NCBI GenBank assembly: GCA_964036045.1
Contig: OZ038379.1
Span: 15,438,001-15,502,000 of the forward strand
From: Eutreptiella sp. 'Long Island Sound 2002'
Taxonomy: Eukaryota; Protista; Euglenida
Length of the DNA: 64,000 nt
Direction of reading: 5' to 3'
Part shown: positions 1-11,499 of the stretch, piece after piece
Layout of the letters: the number at the start of each line of letters is the position of its first letter
Position numbering within the stretch: position 1 is the stretch's first letter
The notes under the pieces: generated by a model
The model's database searches: none
What the model saw: the letters and a program-made list of their open reading frames with translations, nothing else
What the model was told of the DNA's origin: nothing
Position numbers and translations under genes: made by a program

Positions 1-1030
1 AGCCCTGGAACACATTCAAAACGGCCAAACGAAGGGAAACGGTGGGTACCCTCCACGTGCGGCTTGACTTCTCCGTGTCAACGAGCTCTTTGCGGCCCTC
101 TAACTCCGTGATAACTCCAAGAAACGGTCCAAAAAGGCCCCCAAAAGCTCCAAATGCCGACAACCACAAACCAAGAATAGGCCATATCTTTGGCTACATG
201 GCTCAAAATGTGATTCCGAGGGCACCTACACCACCCGCAACCCCCACTTTTTGTGGTTTCCACCCCTCAGAATTGCCCAAACGGACGCCTAGACCCCAAT
301 ACCTAGGCCCAGCGGGCCGCGGCAAGCTGCAAGCTCAAGCCCAAACAGGTGGGTGCCCAAATGGGTCAACAGGGTCCAATACGGGCAAAAAGATGACTTT
401 TCTCAAAAATGATCCTAGACCATGCGCGACGCTAAAACAAGTGTTTTTGGACTGTTTTGAGCTTGTGGTGGCCCATTTTGGTCCTCCGAAAATCCCCAAA
501 TGTCTTGAAAATGGGCTGTTTTGGGACCAAAAATGGGTCAAAAATGGGTCAAAAACGCATTTTTCCAAACCTCATCCTAAACCATTTGGGGTGCACAAAC
601 GGGTGAAGTGAGCCCATTTTGAGCCCATTTCGGGGTATTTTGGCCCCTCAGAAGTCCAAAAAGCCTTGAAAGTGGGCCTGGTGGTGATGGGGTTCACTTG
701 CAAGCTGATTTCACTTTGTCAAGAGCCATCAATGTGTGAATCATTCTTGATGTCCCTCACGAGTCATAGCTGATGTCCCTCTCCCACCAGCTCGGTCCCA
801 ATATTCAGTCTTGATTAGGGTTAGGGCTACGGGTAGGCTTAGGTCTTGGGGTAGGGTTAGGCGTAGGTGTAGGGTTAGTACTAGGCTGAGGGTTGGGGTG
901 GGTGTTAGGGTCAGGGTTGGGTTTAAGGATAGTGTTGGGGTGCAAAGTGGACAAAATTTTCCTTTGGGCGGCTTTGGTGCCCGTGGAGCGTCGGGCGCCT
1001 TTGGCGCCCATGGACTCCACAAGCCGGCAC
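1..1030. repeat. Dispersed ~1.1-kb repeat, copy 1 (truncated by window start), ending in a degenerate TTAGGG-like tract (~812-930)
   Basis: Position 1 onward (agccctggaacacattcaaaacggcc...) aligns with 3382 onward (offset 3381) over about 900 bp. It contains internal gggtcaaaaat repeats. Confidence 0.9.
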
Positions 1031-2969
1031 CTTTGGCAACTAATCGTTGGCCCGAGGCCCCCTAAGGGGGGGGAGGTAGTTGGCGTCCTAGGACCCGCGG
1101 AGTCGCCCCCCCCCCCCCCCGGGGCCTCCCACCCAGGTGTTGCATGTTGCTGAAGGTGTATGATTCAAGCGTCAAACAGTCAGTCCAAGCCAATGGCTGT
1201 CATCATCGCTCTATGAGGGTTGAGAAAGTGCAAACAGAAGTGGGGTTGCATCTAGCCTTTTTTTTCAATACAATGGAGCACCCATCCCACATGCAGCAAC
1301 ACAAGGGAAAGACGATGTAGTGTTGAACAAGTCAAAAGTCAAAAACTCACCTCTAATCTCATATCTGGGAGCTCAGGCATGTTTTTACGATTCTTATCTT
1401 TGTGGAGGGTCGAGAGCACAATCTCTGATCTAAGCGAGCATGCACCTACATGTGAATCTCCCAGAGGAAATTTGCAATTCCCCCATTGGAGAGCGCTGCA
1501 TTGATCACTATGTGTGAGGCTCAAAGAAGATCTTGCTTGATCAAGCTTCTGGCGAACAACGAAGAGACCTACATGTTTACGTCGCAGCCAAACTCTTTTC
1601 GAAGGACCATGCCGCCCTTAAATTCAGTTTCCCCCTCATTCCCACCATTCGCAGCCACTTATCGCCACAATGCCGGAGAAGCTTGGATTCCTGGCCAACA
1701 GAAACCATGGTCTAGTGTTCACTAACTGAACCTATTCATGTGCAGAATCCATACACCTATGGACCTACAGCAAAAGCAAAATCTGTGAGTAGGTGTTGAA
1801 CAGGGAGTGTGTCATGGGGTACGTGTCAGGTGGCAACTCTGCAATCAATGGCCACACTACATATCCAAGGGGTAGATTGCATCAAACCAGGCGAGGCCTC
1901 GGGCGTGGTTCTACCCTTAGAAGACGTCTCATGGGATGACGTCTTCAGGAGGTGTTGCAACGAAATTGTGCGCGTGGCAAAGGAGGCCCAACAGGGACCT
2001 CAGTATGCTGACCCTCAGGATTAAGAAACAATGTTAGGGCCAAGATGTGACCCGTTCCCTTTGGGGATCTCTTTGCGTGGACTGCAGGTCGTCTTCAACT
2101 TCCTTGCACCCAAATACAGGGCAACAGGGGGCACATCTATGGCTGTCCTGAGGCAGGCAGGTGCTGTTCCTCCCTTATTGTACAATAGATATGCATTGAT
2201 GCATTCGTTTGGTGTACGTCCGGCCCTCGCTTGAGCAGTCCAGGCATACCCCAAATTTACTGGCCAATGTGAAAAACGGGGGGATTCTCATTAAGATTCC
2301 AAGCAATTGGAAAGCACGGGACCCACATGACACATCCGGGCACACACACAACCTCCACGCCAAGGGAGGGTGATGTTTTGCGTGCAACAGCGAATCAATC
2401 TGAACCCCTAGCATATCCCATGCAGGGATCAGGGGCCTGCTTAACCCCCACGCACGAAACAGGGAACCTGCCCAATCCACCGGACCCACCTACCCCAAGC
2501 AGAAAAGTTTTGCTCATGGGCAAACTTTACTTTACTTTACTGAAGGGGAGACTGGTTTGAGGTATGCAAACTGGATGCAGGGGCCGTCTCCTCGCTTTTG
2601 TACGCGACTCCCCCCCCCGTAGAAGTGGGCCGAAGGCCCCCTGGGGGGGGGGGGGGGGGGGGGGCATTGGAGGGGGGTTCAGGGAGGAGCGGGGGGGGAG
2701 GGGTCGGGAAGGTCAGTGGGGCATGGGGGGGTCCAGGTGGGGCGATTTGGGGTGGTGCGGTGGGGGGGGGGGGGGGGCACAGGCGCCCCTTACCTCCCCT
2801 TGCCCTACCTCTCACCATACCATCACCATAAACCTAACCCTGACCTTTGCAGTAAGCTGGTTTGGCCATGCCAGCCATGTTGATTGGGCTGAACAAGATC
2901 CGCCAAATTTCGTTCATGGCTGCTTTTGCCACATCACTGCTCTCCATTTTGGACCCCAACACTCACTCT

Positions 2970-4350
2970 AACCCTAGCCTAGGGTGAGAGCTAGGGCTAG
3001 GGTTAGGGCTAGGGTTAGGGCTAGGGTTAGGGTTGGGGTGAGGGTCAGGGGTAGGGTGAGGGTCACCGAGCTGGTGGAACCAGTCTTGGTTTTATAACCC
3101 TTTTTAGTGTCTAGGGTGGACCTACTAGGTTTAGCAGCAAGCAGCAGCAGCAAGCAGCAAGCAAGCAGCACGCGCGAAATGGGTAAAAATCAGATCTCCG
3201 TCGTGGTGCTTCAGATTCGGGTGAAATTTTGGTGGATGATACCTATGGGTGTGAAGTACAATCACACAAAGTTTGAGCAAGTAACTCAACGGTGGCGGCC
3301 GGGAACGGGATTCGCAAGTGGCGGACCTCAGTTTCAAAAACTGCAGTTTAGGGCCAAAAACAGCCATTTTTGGGCCAAAAAAGCCCTGGAACACATTCAA
3401 AACGGCCAAACGAAGGGAAACGGTGGGTACACTTCACGTGCGGCTTGACTTCCCCGTGTCAACGAGCTCTTTGCGGCGCTCTAACCCCATGATATGTCCT
3501 GGAAACGGCCCAAAAAGGCCCCCAAAAGCTCCAAATGCCTACAACCACAAACCAAGAATAGGCCATTATCTTTGGCTACATGGCTCAAAATGCGATTCCG
3601 AGGGCACCTACTCCACCTGCAACCCCCCACTTTTTGTGGTTTCCACCCCTCAGAATTGCCCAAACGGACGCCTAGACCCCAATACCTAGGCCCACTAGGC
3701 TGCGCGGCAAGCTGCAAGCTCAAGCCCAAACAGGTGGGTACCCAAATGGGTCAACAGGGTCCGAAAGGGGTAAAAATATGACTTTCCGCAAAAATGATCC
3801 TAGACCATGTGCGACGCTAAAACAAGTGTTTTTGGACTGTTTTGAGCTTGTGGTGGCCCATTTGGGTCCTCCAAAAATCCCAAAATGCCTTGAAAATGGG
3901 CTGTTTTGGGACCAAAAATGGGTCAAAAATGGGTCAAAAACACATTTTTCCAAAACTCATCGTAGACCATTTGGGGTGCACAAAAGGGTGAAATGAGCCC
4001 ATTTTGAGCCCATTTTGGGGCATTTTGGCCCCTAAGAAGTCCAAAAAGCCTTGAAAGTGGGCCTCGTGGTGATGGGGTTCAGGTGCATTTCACTTTGTCA
4101 AGAGCCATCAATGTGTGAATCATTCTTGATGTCCCTCACCATTCATATCTAATGTTCCCTCCCCCACCAGCTCGGTCCCAATATTCAGTCTTGATTAGGG
4201 TCAGGAGCAGGCTGAGGGTTGGGGTGGGCGTTAGAGTCAAGGTTGGGTTCAAGGATAGTGTTGGGGTGCTCCAGCGCCTGGGTGGGGAGGGGTGCTGCGT
4301 GGGCAAGGGGAATGAAAAAAATTTTTCGGGCGCCTTCGGCGCCACCACAT
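2970..4350. repeat. Dispersed ~1.1-kb repeat, copy 2, with degenerate TTAGGG-like tracts on both sides (~2970-3063 and ~4196-4270)
   Basis: High identity to 1-1030. An inverted 13-mer brackets the core: ACCGAGCTGGTGG at 3065-3077 and CCACCAGCTCGGT at 4164-4176. Confidence 0.85.
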
Positions 4351-5238
4351 GTATGGCCAGTAGCTATTGACCCTTGGTAACTAAGTGGGCCCGGAGGGCT
4401 GGGAGGGGGGGGGGGGGGGGACATACCTGAACTGAGGAAATGGCCCACCCGTGGCAAACTCTTTTGGGGGGGAGGGGCTTAGACCCACCCACCCTGGACC
4501 CCCCGACCCCCCTGGAGGTGGGTGGGAACACTCAGCAATGGTCTGGCAGGAATACACTTTCAAAGCCATACCTACCCACAATGTGTGCTGCCATTCCTTT
4601 GCATCTGCTTGCCTGCTAACCCCCCTCGCCCCCCACAGGTCCCTCTACTTTGTGCGTGCACATGCGCCCGAAGTCAGGGAAAATGAGCAGCGGGCGTACC
4701 AAGGCTGCCATTGTTGCATAGATCTCCCTGCTACAACTGCCAACAGCCGCCGGCTGGTCATCAGCTGACCATCACCTGTGGACGGCTGGCGGTTACACAT
4801 CGGTCATGAGCGGGGCAACAGACAACAATGTGGAATAGCTGTGCCTGCCTGGCACACGAAGTGGGGAGAGATGTATGGGCTCCAGTCGTGGAGGGTAGTT
4901 GGGAGGTGGCCGGGTTCGAGCATTCGTGGTGTCGAGGTGGCTACTCACTGAGCCCCCCGCTTCAGCTGTGGGGTTGCGCGGCCCCTGGGGCCCAAACACG
5001 ACGCATCCCAGGACCCCCTCGTCCCATCCTGGGCCCGGAAGTGAATTAGACCCCTATGATTGCGTGCCCCTAACCACTGTACTACGGGAGTGCCCCCTCG
5101 CCGGTGGGGAGTTAAACGCCAACAATTGGCAGTCAACTTCCAGCGTTCGGCGGTAGCCCCGGACTTTCCATAACAACACAAAAACCCGAAGCCGTGCCGT
5201 AAGGAACGCCCTGCCACAAGGCACGTGAAGTGCGGCCT

Positions 5239-5549
5239 CTAGTAGCCCCCCCACGACCGCATCTCCGCGGCCGCTTCGTCTTCAGAACTCGGGCTGGCCT
5301 CCCTGTCAGGCCCCACACTGAAGCTGGGGGGGCGAGCACTGGACTGGCATTGGGGGTCTGAAGTAGGGCTGGCAGCGTCGCCGCGCTCCAGGGCCAGCTC
5401 CACACTCGACAGCACCCCCCTGAGTTTGCTAACGTCCGTCGCCGGCAGCGCTTGGAACATGCGCTTGAACGGAATCATGCGCTTCTGCGTCCACTGCTGC
5501 AGCCGTTCCTTATCCCCTGAGACAATGGCGGCGAAAGGCACGTGAAGGA
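5239..5549 (-). CDS. trmJ: TrmJ/LasT-type tRNA methyltransferase, exon 4 (last)
   Basis: Acceptor gaacag|TC completes the phase-1 codon from exon 3. It translates as ...RMIPFKRMFQALPATDVSKLRGVLSSVELALERG..., matching the TrmJ C-terminal RRLF...LRGIL helix. Stop at 5241-5239. Confidence 0.8.
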
Positions 5550-6670
5550 CTGTTCAACAGGACGACAAACCCTCTCGTCGTCGACTTGTTGTGTGTTGGA
5601 TGGAGGAGGTGCAGTCATCCGGAGTGCAATCTGGTGGACCGCATGCCCCGATGCTGCGGCGGTGCAGTGTTTCTGCTGGCGTTCATTGAGCCTCAGTCCG
5701 TTTTTGTGCTGACCAGGCGCGCGGGCACACGTTGGAACGTGCTGCTAGTGTCAGATATCAGGTTGCATCTCCTGACGAGGGCCTATGGTACAGCACATGA
5801 GTCTCCGCTGTCAACCGTCAACTGTTGGGGTGTTGGATTTGGGGGGGGGGGGGGCATACCTGAGGACGTGTGCCAAAGCCCCTTCTGCCAAGATTCCACC
5901 ACAATCACACAGCAGCCTTTGTGCGTGTTGTAGGCAGCGCTGAACCTCCGCTCGCCTCTCTGCCCGCCCCCATGAAAAGGCGCGGCGGGAAGCGCATGGA
6001 GATCAGTTTGAGGCGCTTCGCTGCCAAACAACGGTGGTGCAGCGTCTTGATTGCTGGTATGGGTTGCGGGTGAAGAGGGCGGGTTCAAAAAACTGTGAGA
6101 GCAGGGTTTCTCGTATTTCCGTGGTAGTAGGGCTCAAAACCGGTCCGTGATTTTTCCGTGATTTCCATGGTGACCAAAAATCCTTCCGTTTGGCAAACAA
6201 CAGACAAAATGTACCAAGCAATGCAACATAACGACACAACAGCCAAAGAAGATTGCTGCAAAACATCATTGTTTGCAATCCTACAGAGAACCTGCCCTCA
6301 CGTCTCCATTGCAAAACATAGTTACAGCACATTGCCTCCTTTTGTGTCCAATGTTTTGTCTGTTCTTTGTATCAATCAATACAGCGAGGCTGAAAGGAAC
6401 CTTCCCCATTGCACACATCCACATCCACATTCACACCCACAAGTACATCCACACCCTCACCCACATCGCACCCATCCACACGTATGCTGACACCTACTGC
6501 CAAATTCTGAACTGCCCCCGTACATCACCGTCCGACCACTATACTGATGCAAGTGAAGACTGGCAACGCCCTTTGATTTATTGCCGCGGCCTCCAGCCCT
6601 TCTACCCACTGCCCTGCCCACTCCGGAGGTAAACCCGGACCGATACACCCAGACCCCCGAGCAGCACTAC

Positions 6671-6902
6671 CTTTACTCTTGCGATCCGGCTTAAAGAACT
6701 GCACACGCCACAGGACTCGCTCCAAGTGACTGTAGAAGTGCTCCAATTCAGCACATGTGACTTGCTCCGCAGTGCCCTTGGCAGAGGCTGCGGTCCCAAT
6801 TGTTAAGTGCCCAATGTTTGGTGCATCACCTGAGGCTAAAACGTGAAGTGCGTTCAAGGATTCGCCTGCAGACCGAACCGCACCAGCTTCAGAAACACGA
6901 AC
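6671..6902 (-). CDS. trmJ: TrmJ/LasT-type tRNA methyltransferase, exon 3
   Basis: AELEHFYSHLERVLWRVQFFKPD matches the TrmJ C-terminal domain (ELEGFYxHLExxLxxxGFL type). Donor is AAAG|GTAGTG. Acceptor ccccag|GTT gives 232 nt (phase 0 to 1). An alternative acceptor 18 nt upstream is possible. Confidence 0.8.
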
Positions 6903-6989
6903 CTGGGGTCCGTGCCCTGACTGGCTTATTGCAGCTGAGGAATCAATCCACCACACGGGTCTGGGCTGGGCCAGCAATGGAGGTTGCAA

Positions 6990-7112
6990 CGTGCATGGGG
7001 ACGTCGATGGGGAAGTCAATGAATGGGGACGTCAATGGGAAGTCGATGGGGAAATCATTGGGGGAAGTCGATGGGCCAGTCAATGGGGCCATCATCGGGG
7101 AATGGGGGGGGC
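6990..7112. repeat. Degenerate ~12-bp tandem repeat (gaagtcgatggg-like)
   Basis: Repeated gtcgatggggaa / gtcaatgggaa / gtcgatgggcca units. Confidence 0.75.
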
Positions 7113-7199
7113 GTTGGCCCCACAATACAATTCCCATCTAGCACACCAAAAAATGCCCTTCACTGGACACAAACAGGCCGTCCTTACAAGGGGACAGAG

Positions 7200-10100
7200 A
7201 GTTCTTCCGCACGCTTCAGCAGAAATCAAGCGCCGATCAGCAATTAAGGGCAGCGGTTGGCCGGTCCCTAACAGCATTTGGTGGCAGTGATCGTTAACCG
7301 ACCAAACTTGAGAGTAACCGCCAGTTGCTCAAGATGAATAAAGGCCAGTGACTGCACAGCTGTACTCCTGTCATTGCGGATATAGAAGTTGTATTTCACA
7401 AGAAGACCACCCTATCTGCTGCATGCCCCCCTCCGCCTCCCCCCCCCGGGCATTTCCCCTTCACCCCCCAGAAGCCCTGCGTAGGTGAGCTGATACCCAC
7501 AGAGATACCATCCACCAAGGCAGCGGGGCCCTTCTGAATTGCGAACAAGACTCCTGAAGATTTACTGAGGCAAAAGAGTCCCATGACCAAGAGGCCTATG
7601 CCCTGTTGACAAGGCACAGAGTTTCCTGTGAGGTGCTCATCGTCCTGCCTGTCCTGTTGCACTTGTTTCCATCCACAAGTGAATCTGCTCTATGGCAAAG
7701 CAGGCACCGCAGCACAGAGCCTTTCCCCAGTTCCAGTCCCTCTGAGTGTCGACTGTGAGATGAGGTCTGCTGTCCGAAGAGGATGGATTGTAACTCAGTG
7801 GCATCCACAGTCAGAGGCCCTTGATAGACCGAAATGCAAATGCAGATACAACAAGGACTCTCTCCCCTGTAGACCAGCAAATAAAGATATCGCCTTCCAA
7901 TGGTGCTGCCAGCAGCAAGTGCTCAAGGAGGCAACATGAAGCATGAGTGTACAAGGGGGACAAGCCATGAAGAATTGGAAGTGGAACAGAGCGTGCAGCA
8001 TATGTGCATGACGAATCCAACACATGGCAGACTATAGAGAATCGGAGAACATCTGTGATTTGCGTGCTCAGCTCCCTTGCCATGGGGTACTGTCCGATCA
8101 AGGGACCATCAGGGTCAGGTACTGTGCACCTCCACCCCAGCAGCGTTGATCACCTTCGGTTTTTGAAAAAGGGGCCGCCAAAATACCTGGCATCATCACG
8201 GGGGCCCTCGCTGCAAGTATCCTGTGGTGCGACACTTGGGGGAGGGGGGTCCAGGGCAAACACAGGTGAAGTGCAGAACCACTGTCAACCCGTGCACAGC
8301 AACACCCACCAACAATGGTCGTGTTGCGTTCGTGCCTTGCAGCCGGTCACGGCACTCAAGAAGCTTCGTGCAGCTGCGGTGCCCACAGGACATCTTGGGG
8401 GCTGCGCATGGCATTCAGCACGGGCAAAGTAGCTGCTTGGGGCACGCATCACACACTCAGCGCGCCTTCCGGGCAGCCTTGTGGTGCCAGGGTGCGTGCT
8501 CCCGTTGGCATGAGTCCTGTGAGCCTGAACACACCTCAGGACTCCTCCAGACATTACTTCTGGTGACCCCCCAGTGCACCCCAAGACGCAGCCATGAAGT
8601 GGGGGGACCTGCAGTGTCTCCCGCAGCATGAAGGACAGCCCCGCGGCTGGACGTTGTGCGGGTCTTGTTGTCAGCGCTGCTTAAGCCTGTGTCAGGCTGT
8701 GGCACTGCCACTGCTGCAGGCTCTATCCTGCGCTTCTTGAGGACGGGCTCCTGCACAATGAAGCGCAAATGGCAGATGGTGGGGGGGGGGTAAGAGATGG
8801 GGTGACATGTGTGTCTTCGCCCTATTGATCCAGGAGCTCGGAAGGTCCAAAGCAAGCATTCTCACCAATGACACAGCACAGCACAACACAGCAAGTTTTC
8901 TCCTCCTTTCACCTGGCACCAGCACAAACATGAAAACTCCGGCACACACAACTGTTGAAGTCCAGTCAGCACGTCATGCCACTCCGGCCTACGGCTGAGC
9001 AGCAAACAGTCACGCAGCTCCTCCAGCTTTGGCAACACAAACTTTCGGGAGGGTCGGTCATCCGAGGCATTTTGCTTAATGTAGTTGAGAATGAAACTGC
9101 ATTTCTCCTCATTTTTCGGTACTGTCCGTGCCTTATCAGAAGCCACAGACCGCCCCCCCTTCAGTGGACAACCTCAGTCACCAAGGTCTGCAACATCTCA
9201 GGCAAACCAATTTCTGAGCCTTCGCCCACCCCCTAGACTCCCGCAGCTCGTGTTGATATTTGAAAAGCAAAACCTGTGGCACTGCCCTGTCCCACATGCC
9301 CCCGTCCCACAGGCTTTTACTAAGTTCCACTTCTCCACACACTCCAAGGCCCTTTGCCACCACCGACACATCAACCTCTTCCAGGTGTTCCTCATGAGAG
9401 TAATAAGCATCCTCCTCTTCCTCCTCCTATCACTTCTCTGCCATGCTCGACAAACTCCACAAAACCACAGGGATAGTATCCAGGACCGTCTGACACGCCA
9501 CTTCATGAGCCGTTGACACCAACGACAAAGCTGCCTCTCCCAACCGAGCCTACAAACGTGGACTCACTATTTGCATGAAGTTTTCCACCACAGGTAAGAC
9601 ATCCAACTTCCGCGGCTCACGAACTTCTCCTCGAATCCATCCTACCCACCATGACAACATCAACCATGACCCATACGCAACCTCAAATCCTCCTTCTTTT
9701 CTGAGCACCGGCTTCCTGGGCCATGAGTGATATCCCCATGCATGCTTTTGCATGCTTTGATGTGGCATATGCCACCACCACTGCTCGTGTGCTCCAGCCT
9801 CCCACAAGTCCCTAGCCCCTGCTACCCAAGCTTGTGCCGCCCCACATCTCCTATGCCCATGCCATCGCGGCGCCAAATACAGTCCTCCTTCCACCGACGC
9901 CACCCATTAGGCTTCCAGCTCACTTGGGTTGCTGAAGTTGGATGCACAACTTGGGTCCGCTCTCCTCCTAATGCGCTCTTTGTGTAAGAATCTAGCCACC
10001 TTTGTGGCCAAGGCCCCACATCTTGGACATGCACACCTGGTCGATTTTTCTCTTCCCTGAACACTAGGCGATGCACTGCATCTCCGGCTACGAGAATGAC

Positions 10101-11000
10101 CTCCTAGATGATGTGACAATGCGCAAGATACGTGTTCCTCCTCTCTGTAAGCGTAGTTTCTCCCACGCTTTTGCAAACAGTTAGTCTAACTCCTTATCCA
10201 ATGGGGCAATGACCCTTGATTTCTCCGCCAACCGCAGCCTAGACATCCGCTTCTTTGCCGGCCCTTCAAAACCCCATTCCCTTGCCACTTGCAACATCGT
10301 GCCTTGCAAGGCCATCCTCAATGACAGCCATCCGTACAGCCCACTATATTTGATGAACGTGAGCAGCGCTCCGACGTACCCCTATCGCGTCCAACTTTCT
10401 AGTCTCCTCCATACCACCATTTCATAGGACGAGCCCATGGCATGTCCCTCTGTTGCCACAAATTCCTCCAATGCATTCCAGAGTTCAAATCTGGGAGTCA
10501 CTTACAGACGAGTTCCTAGGCATGAAAAGCCTAGTGTCTCTGATTGCAGTCACTGCAGGGCTTCGATGGTGGCGAGGAACAATCTTGCCACTGTCCATTC
10601 CTTATACGGAAATGCTTCTTCCCACTGATCCATTTGAACTCAAATTGGTCCGGCTTGGATCTCCTCCTCCCCACTTTCCCTTTTCCATTCCCTTTGTGGC
10701 TCCTTCCATCCGAAATCGGCATGTTGTCCGACGATGATGAGTCACTCGAAGACGACGAAGAACTTGATAAGCTGGGCGTCTAGGAATCCGAATCGCTCCA
10801 ATCCCGTCTACTCAATCCCTTTTTCTCCGCCTTTGTCGTGTTCTTCCTCTCCTTCTCCTCACGGTGCTTGGCTTTCTTCTTCTCCTTTTTTTGTTTCGCC
10901 TTCTCCTTTTGTCGCTTCACTTTCTCCTCCTCCTTATAATACCGGCGCCCCCGATCATCACAACGGAGCAGCGTCTCCAAGATCATGATTTCTACCTCAC
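7200..11000 (-). mobile_element. Decayed tyrosine-recombinase retrotransposon, VIPER/TATE-like (Gag - YR - RT - RNase H)
   Basis: Frame-disrupted minus-strand motifs occur in order. Lys/Ser-rich Gag-like region with CSDCNQRH (10.5-11 kb). YR core LVFREEKNRPG...GPW and box-II-like WHGHRRCGAA (~9.85-10.07 kb). DIRS-type RT start TVPKNEEKCSFILNYIKQN...KFVLPKLEEL (8.9-9.15 kb). GDIFIC at the YxDD position (~7.9 kb). ALN-ADR, resembling the RNase H NxAD motif (~7.24 kb). Confidence 0.6.
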
Positions 11001-11499
11001 TTAAAACATCTATCGAATTTCTCCGCCTATGCCGTCCCCCTAGAAAGCCGAAGGGCCTTCAAGTTTTGGAGACTTTGGTTTCGGAGACCAAGCCTCATAC
11101 AGGCATGTGCAAATGCTCTGGGGCAAGGTGTAGAAGAGACCCTTGGCGATGCATTTATTCAATCGCCACACAGATTGCAGATTGCGGGTGTGAACTGAAA
11201 GGAGGACACCACATGTCATGTCCTACGGAGCACTCTTGCCCACATATAAGGGGATTCGTGCATCTTTATAGATCACTGTGGGTTGGCTTGGAAATGTCCA
11301 TACCGTCCATTGGCAGTCCATGTGCCACCTTTATTGCAGGAACCCATTTTGTTTACTCGATAAAACTATGACCTCCCGAGATCGCGAAAAAATGCACCAA
11401 CACACAATTTGCCTAAAGAATATATTCATGTACCGCTGCCTCTCTTGAATCCAACTTAGGTCTCGCCGGAAAAACCGGCAACAAACAAAGCGGAGTGCC

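Noticed and set aside
42-611. 189-aa ORF and related ORFs at 3107-3996
   Set aside because: They lie within a dispersed repeat. The frames are not conserved between the two copies and no domain motifs are present.
800-930. Telomerase RNA template or true chromosome end
   Set aside because: The tract is long, degenerate, internal and repeated with the element. It is not a 1.5-repeat template or a pure terminal array.
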